Source: Nitrospinota bacterium (GTDB taxonomy: Bacteria > Nitrospinota_A > UBA7883). Taken from it: 64,000 nucleotides of DNA. This document shows positions 41,712 to 50,943 of the stretch, piece by piece. The position numbers and the translations under genes were made by a program. The stretch is taken from positions 610,012-674,011 of the forward strand of contig CBDCXE010000006.1 in assembly GCA_965223725.1 (NCBI GenBank), written 5' to 3'. How positions within the stretch are numbered: the stretch's first letter is position 1; every line of letters starts with the position of its first letter. The notes under the pieces were generated by a model. It saw nothing but the letters and a program-made list of their open reading frames with translations, searched no databases and had not been told where the DNA came from.

Positions 41712-44305
41712 CCCAACTCAGCCCCATAAGCCGGGCAATCGCTGTTTTCATTATTTTTTTCGGGTTGGGCATAGCGCACTCCTGGCCGCTGGCTCCGTAT
41801 GTATTAAAGGGCATCCCATACGCCCTGGACCCGATTCCCAACCATGAGCTGTTCCCGCTCCAGCATGGCGACCACCTTCAATCGTACTACCACCTGGGGC
41901 TGCTGAAAAATGCGGCGGCGGGTCGGATCGACTGGTTCACTAACCCGCTGGAGTTCGTCACCGAACATGAATCGGGCGATCATCCGGCGAGCTATTATTT
42001 TCTGCCGGTGTCGATTATCTCGTTGCCGTTTTCCGCTGTTTCCGAGCCGCTGGGGTATAACATGCTGCTGCTGATATGTGTCGCGCTGGGCGGCTTGTCG
42101 ATGTATTTGTGGGCGAACCTGCTGATCGGCAACTTCTGGGCAGGACTGTTTGCCGGGTTTCTGTTTAATTTTATCCCGGTCCGCATGGCGGAGCTTTATG
42201 GCGGGCACCCGGCCGGCCTTGCTATCTTCCTCCTGCCGTTGACGCTCTATTTTTTCGACCGGGCAATCATAGAAAAAAGGATTCTGTTTTCCGCGCTGGG
42301 CGGCCTGGCGCTGTTTGCGCTCTCCTTCCAGTACCTCTATTTCAGCTACTACCTGCTGATGTTCCTGATGGTTTATATACCGTGGCGGCTGGTTCCTGCT
42401 GTTGTGGGGTCGGTTAACAAAGGATGGGATGAAGTTTGCAAGTTGGCGGGCGCCAGTCTCCCGTTTGCCATCGGCGCCTTGTCGGCGATCGGGTGGATGT
42501 ACTACTATTCCCGTTCTGTGGTGGCGTCATCCGCCTTTTCCGCTAAACGGACCATGAACGAGGTGGCGCTGTTTTCCCCCGATATTTCCAGCGCCTGGTC
42601 GCCCCAATTGGATTGGAAAGTCTATTTCGGTCTGCCGATCATTGCGCTGCTTTTTGGTCTGATAGTTGGCGTCGTTAAAGTTATCAACCGCAAACCCATA
42701 GGGTGGGAGTATCTGTTTTTTTCGATTCTTTTTGTTGTCAGCTATATCCTGGCCTTTGGCGCGACCCTGGACCGGTATATCCCGCTCTATTCACTTTTCT
42801 ACGATTACTTTCCATACTTCGACCTGTCGAGGTCGCCATCCAAGATCATGGCTCTCTGCGCCGCGTTGCTTGCCGTTCTGGGCGCGTATTTCGTAAGCTG
42901 GGCGTGGCGGAGAGCAGGCGGCGGCTTTATATGGAGGTCGGTCGTGGCGTTGCTGGCCGCCATTACCATCATCGATTACCACCCCAACGGCGGTATCGGC
43001 ATTTGCCTGCTGGACAGGGGCAACAAAATCTATAAACAAATAGCGGAAACATCCGATGGTGGATACGTATTGAACCTGCCCATATGGCCCGGCGACAGCT
43101 CGTGGGAGTCTATATACCAGTATTACGCCTTACAAAGCGGGGTGGCGATGGTCAACGGGTATTCGCCGGTGGTTTCCAAAAGCTATGTGGATAATGTTTT
43201 CTGGAAGCTGTTCACCATGAACAGCGGTAATGTGACGAAGGAGCAGATAAACTTTCTGAAAGATAAAAACGTAAAGGCGATCGTGTTCCATGAAGAAGCT
43301 TATCCAAACAAAGTTTCGCCATTTCCAGCGTCTGTCGCATTGAACAGATTAAAATCATCCGCTCTGCTTGATATGGTGGGGCAGGATGGGCCGCTGACAC
43401 TTTTCAGAATATCCGATAGCGAACAGGCCAAAAACGATCGACCGGTCAGCTCCCCCATGTCCGCCCTGTACCAGGCGGAGGCGCTGATAAAAATCGATGG
43501 AAAAGTGATGGAGGATGATGACGCTGTAAACGACCTGGCGCTATATGGCGCCGGCGCTATGAGGAGGACCGGTTTCCTCGGCGCAGGGCCGTATCAAAGT
43601 TTTCCAAGTGGCAGTTATAATGCTGTTTTCCGGGCAAAAGTGGCGGACAACACCATAGATGAACTGGCGGTTCTGTTCGATGTGTCAGCCAACAGCGGGA
43701 GGGACGTTTTAGCCAAGCTGGCCATTAAAAATTCTGATTTCGTTGAGCCGGACAAATATCAGGAGTTTGCTTTACCGTTCGAAGTTGTTGCTGAGAAGTC
43801 AACCAAGATTGAGTTTCGTTCCGCCCTGCCGGAAAGCAGCGCCGGGGTATATGTGGACTGGATATATGTGACCTTTGCTGATCAAACCGACCCGGAGTAT
43901 TCCTATGAGATCGAAGATTTCTTCCATATAGGCGCGACGGTGGAGGACCAGATGGCGTCTGCGGGCAAATCCTTGTATGCTCATCCAGACCAGGACCCTG
44001 CGGGTATGATCGCCCATGGCCCAATGCGGAAACTGGAGGAGGGCGCGTACATCGCCTATTTCAGAATGAAAGCTGATATGGTGGAGGCAGACAGCCGGGT
44101 CGCTGTGCTGGAGGTGGCGTCCGCTGGCAGATCTGAAACGATCGCACAGCGTGATGTGATGGGCAGGGAGCTGGGGGGCAGCAGCGGTTACATCGAGGCG
44201 TCCATCGATTTTCTGCTTGAGGAAACCGATTTCATAGATTTCCGCGTCAGGTTCACCGGCGCCACGGCGCTATATCTTGATAAAATCCGGATAGAAAAAA
44301 AGTGA
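41708..44305 (+). CDS. large polytopic membrane protein (865 aa), YfhO/GT-C-like candidate glycosyltransferase with ~350-aa C-terminal extracytoplasmic domain
   Basis: More than 10 hydrophobic helices in the first ~480 aa, with acidic/His motifs in the first loop (HGDH, ESGDH). ATGA overlap with the acetyltransferase gene. Confidence 0.45.
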   Translation: MTQLSPISRAIAVFIIFFGLGIAHSWPLAPYVLKGIPYALDPIPNHELFPLQHGDHLQSYYHLGLLKNAAAGRIDWFTNPLEFVTEHESGDHPASYYFLPVSIISLPFSAVSEPLGYNMLLLICVALGGLSMYLWANLLIGNFWAGLFAGFLFNFIPVRMAELYGGHPAGLAIFLLPLTLYFFDRAIIEKRILFSALGGLALFALSFQYLYFSYYLLMFLMVYIPWRLVPAVVGSVNKGWDEVCKLAGASLPFAIGALSAIGWMYYYSRSVVASSAFSAKRTMNEVALFSPDISSAWSPQLDWKVYFGLPIIALLFGLIVGVVKVINRKPIGWEYLFFSILFVVSYILAFGATLDRYIPLYSLFYDYFPYFDLSRSPSKIMALCAALLAVLGAYFVSWAWRRAGGGFIWRSVVALLAAITIIDYHPNGGIGICLLDRGNKIYKQIAETSDGGYVLNLPIWPGDSSWESIYQYYALQSGVAMVNGYSPVVSKSYVDNVFWKLFTMNSGNVTKEQINFLKDKNVKAIVFHEEAYPNKVSPFPASVALNRLKSSALLDMVGQDGPLTLFRISDSEQAKNDRPVSSPMSALYQAEALIKIDGKVMEDDDAVNDLALYGAGAMRRTGFLGAGPYQSFPSGSYNAVFRAKVADNTIDELAVLFDVSANSGRDVLAKLAIKNSDFVEPDKYQEFALPFEVVAEKSTKIEFRSALPESSAGVYVDWIYVTFADQTDPEYSYEIEDFFHIGATVEDQMASAGKSLYAHPDQDPAGMIAHGPMRKLEEGAYIAYFRMKADMVEADSRVAVLEVASAGRSETIAQRDVMGRELGGSSGYIEASIDFLLEETDFIDFRVRFTGATALYLDKIRIEKK

Positions 44306-44313
44306 CAGCCAGG

Positions 44314-44619
44314 CTACATCGCCACCTTTGATGTTTTATAGTCAACCTTGGCGGTGGATTCGCAAATGCTTTTTATAGTGTCGAGCGCCTTAACATGGGC
44401 GGGATGGACAGCATACGCGTTTACCGAATCCATGGAATCGAACAGGGTGTTCAACACCATGTCATAAGAGTTGTGATTGGCGCCGATATCCATTTCCAGC
44501 TCCAGATCCCTGATGTGGTCGATGTTCTGTTGCAGGTTGGACAGCTCCAGCGCCAACCCCTCTTTCTGCTCGGTAGTGACACCATCTTTAAACTTGAAAA
44601 AAACTATATGCCGTATCAT
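44314..44619 (-). CDS. Dabb-family stress-responsive alpha/beta-barrel protein (likely start ATG at 44619 with AGGG Shine-Dalgarno; ORF track extends to GTG at 44673)
   Basis: MIRHIVFFKFKDGVTTEQKEG...AYAVHPAHV. Typical Dabb fold, ~100 aa. Confidence 0.6.
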   Translation of the reverse strand: MIRHIVFFKFKDGVTTEQKEGLALELSNLQQNIDHIRDLELEMDIGANHNSYDMVLNTLFDSMDSVNAYAVHPAHVKALDTIKSICESTAKVDYKTSKVAM

Positions 44620-44750
44620 GCTTATCCCTTCTGTGCTTTTACAAAACAAGCGTTCGATTGAACTTTTCGGCACAGGTTACACTAATTTTATTATGGAGTA
44701 AATAGCATAACCGATATACAGCCAGGGCTGTATTGCATGGATAACTAAAA

Positions 44751-44827
44751 TGGTGGGCCCACCAGGAATCGAACCTGGAACCATCCGGTTATGAGCCGGA
44801 AGCTCTAGCCAATTGAGCTATGGGCCC
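44751..44827 (-). tRNA. tRNA-Met (anticodon CAT; elongator-type or Ile2/lysidine-type, G1-C72 paired)
   Basis: The reverse complement gives GGGCCCA-TA-GCTCAATTGGCTAGAGC...CTCATAA...GGTTCGATTCC...TGGGCCC-A-CCA. Confidence 0.85.
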
Positions 44828-44896
44828 GCGCAGATGTGGCAGGTATGTGCGATACCTGTTTCAGGCGTGTTGAGCCCGGTCTGATATCTGTGGCGG

Positions 44897-46636
44897 TCAT
44901 TCAACAAATGATCGCAGTTTTTTGCTGCGGCTGGGGTGGCGCAATTTGCGCAATGCCTTGGCCTCTATCTGACGTATCCGCTCGCGGGTGACGTCAAAAT
45001 CCTGCCCGACTTCTTCCAGCGTATGCTCGGAGTCGGTGCCAATGCCGAACCGTTTCCGCACGACCCGCTCTTCACGTTGCGCCAGCGTCGACAGCACCAT
45101 GGATGTTTGCTCCTTCAGGTTGGTGCGCACCATCGATTCCACAGGACTTATTATCTTTTTGTCTTCAATGAAGTCACCCAGGTGGCTGTCTTCCTCTTCG
45201 CCGATCGGCGTCTCCAGCGATATCGGCTCTTTGGCGATTTTCAGCACCTTGCGCACCTTGTCCACAGGCAACGCCATCTTCTCCGCGATCTCTTCCGGTG
45301 TCGGCTCCCGACCGATCTGTTGCATCAGCATCCTGGATGTGCGTATAAGCTTGTTGATGGTTTCTATCATATGGACCGGTATGCGGATGGTCCTGGCCTG
45401 GTCCGCGATGGCTCTGGTTATCGCCTGCCGAATCCACCAGGTCGCGTAGGTGGAGAATTTGTAACCACGCTGATATTCAAACTTGTCCACGGCCTTCATA
45501 AGGCCGATATTGCCTTCCTGTATCAGGTCGAGAAACTGCAGGCCTCTGTTGGTATACTTTTTCGCAATGGAAACGACCAACCGCAGGTTCGCCTCCGCCA
45601 GCTCCTTCTTCGCCTTGCGCTCGCGAATATATCCTTCGTTGATACTTCTGATGGTCTGGCGCAACTCATCCCGAGAGACCTGTGCCTCAGCTTCAACATT
45701 CTTGATCTCTTTTTTAGCTGATTTAATGGCCCCTTCATACTGTTTCTTTTTATCAGGGCTTACCTGTTTTTTACCTTTGCTCTTCGTGACAACTTCAACC
45801 CTTTTTGATTCCCGCAAACCCAGCCGTTCTTCCGCATGGCGAATCTTCTCTTCCGCTTTGGCGCATACATCGGCATAATCCCGGATTCTCTGGATGATAC
45901 CGCTCATACGGCCTGGTTCCAGCTTTATGTCGCGGATCAGCTCTGTGACCTTATCCCGCAGTTTTGCTTCTTCTTTTTTATGTTTTTCACGTTCCTTGGC
46001 GGAAATATTGCGAAGCTTTTGCTTCTGTTTCGATTTTTCCAGCTTTCCACCGGCAGTTTTCAACTGGGTTACCAGCTTCAAAATCCTTTTTGTTTCCTTT
46101 TTAATTTTCGCTTCGGTGATCTCTTCATCCGGCTCACTGATGTTAATAAGGCTCTGGATAGGGAGCTCTTCCCTTTTCACGCTTTCGGCCAGATCAACAA
46201 TCTCATAAATGGTAACAGGGCAATTAATAACCGAGCTGATCACTATGTTCTGGCCCTTTTCGATCTCCTTGGCTATGGTCACCTCGCCTTCGCGGGTGAG
46301 CAAGGAAATAGAGCCCATCTCCTTGAGATACATACGGACCGGATCCTCGCTGGAGGCGAAACCTTCCTCTTCGGAAGCTACGCCAGTGACCGGCTTCCCT
46401 TTTTTGTACATAGCCGATGCTTTCGACTTCATGGAGGCCAGATGAGCGCTCTCCTTGGCGGGGTCGATAACAACAATGCCCAACTCGGCGAACTTACCCA
46501 TTATGCTTTCGATCTCTTCGGCCACAACTATATTGTCCGGCAGAGATTCGTTTACTTCATCATATGTAAGATAGCCCTTTTCCTTACCTATCTTCACAAG
46601 CCCGTTATCAGGCAGCAAGCTCTTGGTTTTCCCCAT
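44897..46636 (-). CDS. rpoD: RNA polymerase sigma factor RpoD (sigma70)
   Basis: 579 aa. Region 2 [48 protein letters not shown]. Region 4 LTERERQ-like motif [29 protein letters not shown]. Confidence 0.95.
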   Translation of the reverse strand: MGKTKSLLPDNGLVKIGKEKGYLTYDEVNESLPDNIVVAEEIESIMGKFAELGIVVIDPAKESAHLASMKSKASAMYKKGKPVTGVASEEEGFASSEDPVRMYLKEMGSISLLTREGEVTIAKEIEKGQNIVISSVINCPVTIYEIVDLAESVKREELPIQSLINISEPDEEITEAKIKKETKRILKLVTQLKTAGGKLEKSKQKQKLRNISAKEREKHKKEEAKLRDKVTELIRDIKLEPGRMSGIIQRIRDYADVCAKAEEKIRHAEERLGLRESKRVEVVTKSKGKKQVSPDKKKQYEGAIKSAKKEIKNVEAEAQVSRDELRQTIRSINEGYIRERKAKKELAEANLRLVVSIAKKYTNRGLQFLDLIQEGNIGLMKAVDKFEYQRGYKFSTYATWWIRQAITRAIADQARTIRIPVHMIETINKLIRTSRMLMQQIGREPTPEEIAEKMALPVDKVRKVLKIAKEPISLETPIGEEEDSHLGDFIEDKKIISPVESMVRTNLKEQTSMVLSTLAQREERVVRKRFGIGTDSEHTLEEVGQDFDVTRERIRQIEAKALRKLRHPSRSKKLRSFVE

Positions 46637-46681
46637 TAATTCGCCTCCATATCATGAGAAAAGCTAAACTATCTATTATAG

Positions 46682-48427
46682 CTAATTATCTCTTATTTCG
46701 AAATATTTCTTTTTCGCTTGATAGAACTTTTCTTTAGCCCCATTCTTAGCAGCGGAAATCTGGTCTTCAAGCTTGTTTTTTCTGCCTTTATGGCTATAGC
46801 GCACCCGCTTGAGGCAATCCTCCGCTACTATATCGACGTCATTTTCGTCAAAAAGATTTTTTTCCATCGATAATCCAGTCAAGATTTTTCGTATATTCTC
46901 GTCCGGGGAGAGGTCTATTATGTCAGCGGTAAGCTCGATTTTCCGCGATTTGGCGCTTTGTATCATCTCAAACATGGCTTTATGATTATCATCCTCGAAA
47001 TCATCCACTCTTAAATCAGACGCTAAACTATCCAAATATTCCGGACGATCCAGCAATATTCTGACAAGAATCCGCTCCGCGTTCTGTTTGGCGGATCTTT
47101 TCTTTGAATCGGTTGATTTGTAACCACCAAACCCTGGGGCGCCCTCCGTGGTTAAATTCCGGGCCAGAACCTTTTCGTCGATGCCTGCTCTCTCTGACAA
47201 TAGCTGGACATATTGCGATCGCTCTATGTTGTCCTTGATCCTGCGCAGGTATGGCATTATCTCATGGGCCGCTTTCGTCCGCCCTTCGATGCTGGACATA
47301 TCGGCCTTGCCGCAAACCGAATCGATTATAAAAGCGGGAAAAGCGGGAGCGCTGTTCACCCGCTCCATCAGCTGCTCCGGCCCGTTTGCCGCCAGGTATT
47401 CATCCGGGTCCTTGGCCCCGGGTAATGACAGCATCTTGACCGACAGCCTATGATCCAGCAAAACCGGGACGCTCCTTTTCGCAGCGTTGAGCCCCGCTTC
47501 ATCAGCGTCAAACAAGGCTATTACACTGTCAGCGATCCGTTTGATAGCTTCCGCCTGCCCGGGCGTGAACGCCACCCCGGAGACAGCGGCGCAGTTTTCT
47601 ATCCCGGCGGACCAGAGGGCCAGCACATCCATATAGCCTTCGACCACCACCACGGCATTGTTGCGGCGGGCAGAAGTCTGGGCATGGTTCAGGCCATATA
47701 GAACACGGCTCTTGTTATATATCGGTGTCTCCGGGCTGTTTATATATTTCGGGGCGTCCTTTACATTGTCGGCTATTATCCGCCCGCCAAAGGCGATCAC
47801 CTTGCCGCCGATACTGGATATCGGGAACATCAGCCGGCCCCGGAACCGGTCGATCATGTTGCCTTTGGACGATGGTTGACCCAGCCCGGCCGCGTTGATG
47901 GTTTTGTCGCTAAACCCTGCCTTGGACAGATGCCTGTAAAGCGAATCCCAATCATCAGGCGCCCAGCCCAGCATGAACCTTTCGACCAGCTCCGGCGCTA
48001 TACCCCGCTTTTTTATATATTGAGCTACTTTCGAATTATCCCGGCTCTCTGCCAGCAGTCTGTGATAGAAATTTGCGGCGCTGTCCATAGCTTTGTATAT
48101 CGCTTCGATCTCGTCATTTTTCCTGCCCCCTTGCGCTTCTATTTTTATCCCGTAGTTCGAGGCCAGCAGGCGCACAGCCTCCGGAAACGATATCTTCTCG
48201 TACTTCATCAGAAAGGTAAAAACGTTGCCCCCCTCGCCGCAACCGAAGCAATGGAATATCTGTTTGGCCGGGTTCACGTTGAATGATGGAGTTTTCTCCT
48301 GATGGAAAGGGCATAGGGCGCGATAGTTTGACCCTGCCTTTTTCAGAGCGATATAGCCAGACACAACCTCGACAATATCAGCCCTGCTTTTTACTTCCTC
48401 TATTGTGTGCTCAGGTATACCAGCCAT
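46682..48427 (-). CDS. dnaG: DNA primase
   Basis: Zinc-binding CPFHQEKTPSFNVNPAKQIFHCFGCGEGG. TOPRIM motif AVVVVEGYMDV. Confidence 0.95.
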   Translation of the reverse strand: MAGIPEHTIEEVKSRADIVEVVSGYIALKKAGSNYRALCPFHQEKTPSFNVNPAKQIFHCFGCGEGGNVFTFLMKYEKISFPEAVRLLASNYGIKIEAQGGRKNDEIEAIYKAMDSAANFYHRLLAESRDNSKVAQYIKKRGIAPELVERFMLGWAPDDWDSLYRHLSKAGFSDKTINAAGLGQPSSKGNMIDRFRGRLMFPISSIGGKVIAFGGRIIADNVKDAPKYINSPETPIYNKSRVLYGLNHAQTSARRNNAVVVVEGYMDVLALWSAGIENCAAVSGVAFTPGQAEAIKRIADSVIALFDADEAGLNAAKRSVPVLLDHRLSVKMLSLPGAKDPDEYLAANGPEQLMERVNSAPAFPAFIIDSVCGKADMSSIEGRTKAAHEIMPYLRRIKDNIERSQYVQLLSERAGIDEKVLARNLTTEGAPGFGGYKSTDSKKRSAKQNAERILVRILLDRPEYLDSLASDLRVDDFEDDNHKAMFEMIQSAKSRKIELTADIIDLSPDENIRKILTGLSMEKNLFDENDVDIVAEDCLKRVRYSHKGRKNKLEDQISAAKNGAKEKFYQAKKKYFEIRDN

Positions 48428-48447
48428 TAAATCTGCTTCGAGCTATA

Positions 48448-48897
48448 TCAGCCGCCTGATAATGTCGCCTTCACTATTTTGTTTACAACTGCTCCATCCG
48501 CTTTGCCCTGGACCTTGGGCATCAGCAGCTTCATCACCTTGCCCATGTCCTTCATCGACTCTGCTCCAGCTTCTGTAATAGTCCCATCGACTACTTTTTT
48601 TATTTCATCTTCGGTCATCTGGCTCGGCAAATATTCTGTCAAAACCTTTATTTCCGCCTCTTCATTGTTGGCCAGGTCCTCCCTGCCTGCGTCACGGTAC
48701 TGTTTTGCAGAGTCACGCCTTTGCTTGACTGCTTTGGAAATAACATCCAGAATGCCATCATCGCCCAGCTCCTTGCCAAGCTCTATTTCCTTGTTTTTTA
48801 ATGCGCTGATAGTCATTCTGATGGTGGAAAGTTTGACAGAATCCTTGGCTTTCATTGCCAGCTTCATATCTTGGGACAGGCGCTCTTTTAAGTTCAT
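48448..48897 (-). CDS. GatB/YqeY domain-containing protein
   Basis: 149 aa. MNLKERLSQDMKLAMKAKD...LTEYLPSQMTEDEI. The classic yqeY-dnaG-rpoD arrangement. Confidence 0.85.
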   Translation of the reverse strand: MNLKERLSQDMKLAMKAKDSVKLSTIRMTISALKNKEIELGKELGDDGILDVISKAVKQRRDSAKQYRDAGREDLANNEEAEIKVLTEYLPSQMTEDEIKKVVDGTITEAGAESMKDMGKVMKLLMPKVQGKADGAVVNKIVKATLSGG

Positions 48898-49199
48898 TCA
48901 GGTTTCACAGGATCAGGTTACATATATGAGAAAGATAACGCTATGACAGCGATCTGTCAACTATCCGATATAACAAATTCCGGATATTATTGGAAAAATT
49001 GCGCGATAGTTTTATGATAATCATTATCAGTTGATAAAAGGCCGCCTGGCACATAATTATCATATAATTATAGTATTATTTAGTCATTTTAATATAAAAT
49101 ATGGGGTAATTCATTAAAGTAGTACTTTAACTATTGAATTTTTATAGTTAATTAATTAAAATATTAGAGTAAATAATCCACTTTTTTTGCCGCATATGC

Positions 49200-49227
49200 T
49201 TGACATTGCCTGTTATTTACATATAAT
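49200..49227 (+). promoter_or_regulatory. consensus sigma70 promoter of the dcw cluster (-35 TTGACA, 16-nt spacer, -10 TATAAT)
   Basis: TTGACA at 49200-05. TATAAT at 49222-27. ~40 nt upstream of mraZ. Confidence 0.6.
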
Positions 49228-49237
49228 AACCTAATTA

Positions 49238-49262
49238 GTGTCATAAAGTGTCTTAAAATGTC
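49238..49262 (+). promoter_or_regulatory. three direct GTGTC / GTGTC / ATGTC repeats with exact 10-bp phasing (candidate MraZ operator)
   Basis: aGTGTCataa aGTGTCttaa aATGTCaagg. The repeats lie between the promoter -10 and the mraZ start. E. coli MraZ binds 10-bp-phased direct repeats at the same position. Confidence 0.45.
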
Positions 49263-49265
49263 AAG

Positions 49266-49700
49266 GTGCGCATGTTTATTGGACGTTATGAGGCAACGCT
49301 CGATCCGAAGGGAAGGGTGCATCTGCCTGCAAAAATCAGGGATACTCTAAAAAAGAGTTTTGATCAGCCCTTGATTTTAACCATATCTGATAGATGCCTG
49401 GCGGGCTACCCTGCGCAGCAATGGCTCGAAAAGTGTGATGCGCTTGAAGCGGCCGAGTATACACCGGAAAAAGGGGACCTCCTGCGCGCCATCACAGAAA
49501 ACGCTGTTGAATGCCCAATTAAAAATGGACGAATCCTGATTCCTGCCTGGCTGAGGGACTATGCCGATATCCAGAAAGAAATTGTAATAGTCGGGCGGAT
49601 CAAAAAAATAGAAATCTGGTCGGCCCAGCGCCACAAAGTTGTCAGCGCGCAATATGTGCCGGAAAAATTATCCAAAAAATTACGCGAGCTTGGTTTTTAA
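49266..49700 (+). CDS. mraZ: transcriptional regulator MraZ (probable ATG start at 49272)
   Basis: MFIGRYEATLDPKGRVHLPAKIRD and a second SpoVT/AbrB-like repeat GRILIPAWLRDYA. Confidence 0.9.
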   Translation: MRMFIGRYEATLDPKGRVHLPAKIRDTLKKSFDQPLILTISDRCLAGYPAQQWLEKCDALEAAEYTPEKGDLLRAITENAVECPIKNGRILIPAWLRDYADIQKEIVIVGRIKKIEIWSAQRHKVVSAQYVPEKLSKKLRELGF

Positions 49701-49702
49701 TT

Positions 49703-50632
49703 TTGGAGCATACGCCTGTTTTGCTGAACGAAGTTTTGTCCTTGGTTGACTTTCCTGCCGCCAGGCTTGTCGTGGACGCCACCGTCGGCGCCGGTGGGCA
49801 CAGCCGCGCCATTTTGGATAAATTCGAAGATATAAAAATCATTGGGTTGGACAGGGATCATGACGCTGTGAAAAGGACGCAAAGCAAGCTTGCGGAATAT
49901 GGCAAACGGGCGCGGATAGTAAAAGCCAACTACAGCGACCTGGGCAAGGCGCTGGACAAAATGAAAATCGAGAGTGTGGACGCCATCCTGATGGACCTGG
50001 GGTTATCGTCGTATCATCTGGACGACCCGGACCGTGGCTTCTCCATATATATGCAAGGTCCGCTCGATATGCGCATGGACCACGACCAGAAGGAAACAGC
50101 GGCGGACCTGGTAAATAGACTCAGCGAACGAAAACTGGCTTCCATATTTAAACAGTATGGAGAGGAGCGTTACGCCAAAAAAATTGCCCGCGCCATAGTG
50201 ACTGGCAGAAAAATTGAACCGATCCAGACAACCGGCCAGCTGGCGTCCATTGTAAAGGACGCCCGCCCCGCCGCCAAAAAAGAGAAAATCCATCCAGCCA
50301 CCAAGGTTTTCCAGGCGTTGCGCATCGCAGTGAACGAAGAGCTGGATCATCTGTCCAAAGCTTTAAAGACAGCCATAGATCGCCTACGGCCCGGAGGGCG
50401 GATCATTGTAATTTCGTTCCACAGCCTGGAGGACAGGATCGTCAAAAACCATTTCCGCGACTTGACCGAAAGATGCGTCTGCCCGAAAGAGATACCAGCA
50501 TGTGTATGTGGCAGGCCGGCCACTGTGAAACTGCTGGCCAAAAAATCGATAACCCCGGGCGCGAAGGAACGCGCCGCCAACCCCCGGGCGCGATCGGCGC
50601 GGTTGCGCGCGGCGGAAAAACTGGCGGCATAG
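49703..50632 (+). CDS. rsmH: 16S rRNA (cytosine1402-N4)-methyltransferase
   Basis: HTPVLLNEVL...VDATVGAGGHS...DLGLSSYHLDDPDRGFS. Confidence 0.93.
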   Translation: MEHTPVLLNEVLSLVDFPAARLVVDATVGAGGHSRAILDKFEDIKIIGLDRDHDAVKRTQSKLAEYGKRARIVKANYSDLGKALDKMKIESVDAILMDLGLSSYHLDDPDRGFSIYMQGPLDMRMDHDQKETAADLVNRLSERKLASIFKQYGEERYAKKIARAIVTGRKIEPIQTTGQLASIVKDARPAAKKEKIHPATKVFQALRIAVNEELDHLSKALKTAIDRLRPGGRIIVISFHSLEDRIVKNHFRDLTERCVCPKEIPACVCGRPATVKLLAKKSITPGAKERAANPRARSARLRAAEKLAA

Positions 50633-50637
50633 TAGTC

Positions 50638-50943
50638 ATGTTTACCTATAGCAGAGAAAAGGCGCATTTAAGCAAATCGGCGCTGTTCCAGTGCGTGGCG
50701 GCTGGCGCGTTGCTGCTGCTGTCTATGCTGATCTATATATACCCCTCTATCCAGGCCACCAACCTTATGTATGAATATTCATATTCGCTGGAGCGCCTGG
50801 CGGAGCTTAAGGAACTGAACAAAAAACTGAAGCTGGAAGTATCGACCCTGAGATCATACGATTTCATCGAAAACGAAGCCTTCGAAAAGCTGGGGTATGT
50901 TGCGCCCGCCCCGGGCCAGGTGGTGATCATTGCGAAAAAATAA
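50638..50943 (+). CDS. ftsL: cell division protein FtsL
   Basis: ~100 aa. Single TM helix then coiled coil (LAELKELNKKLKLEVSTL). Sits between rsmH and ftsI. The ORF-track 50473 start overlaps rsmH and is rejected. Confidence 0.7.
   Translation: MFTYSREKAHLSKSALFQCVAAGALLLLSMLIYIYPSIQATNLMYEYSYSLERLAELKELNKKLKLEVSTLRSYDFIENEAFEKLGYVAPAPGQVVIIAKK

Noticed and set aside
45836-46639. 267-aa plus-strand ORF and neighbours
   Set aside because: They are antisense to rpoD and have no domain signal.
50473-50637. Upstream extension of ftsL overlapping the rsmH 3' end
   Set aside because: The extension encodes a Pro/Arg-rich sequence from the rsmH alternate frame. The ftsL-like part begins at ATG 50638.
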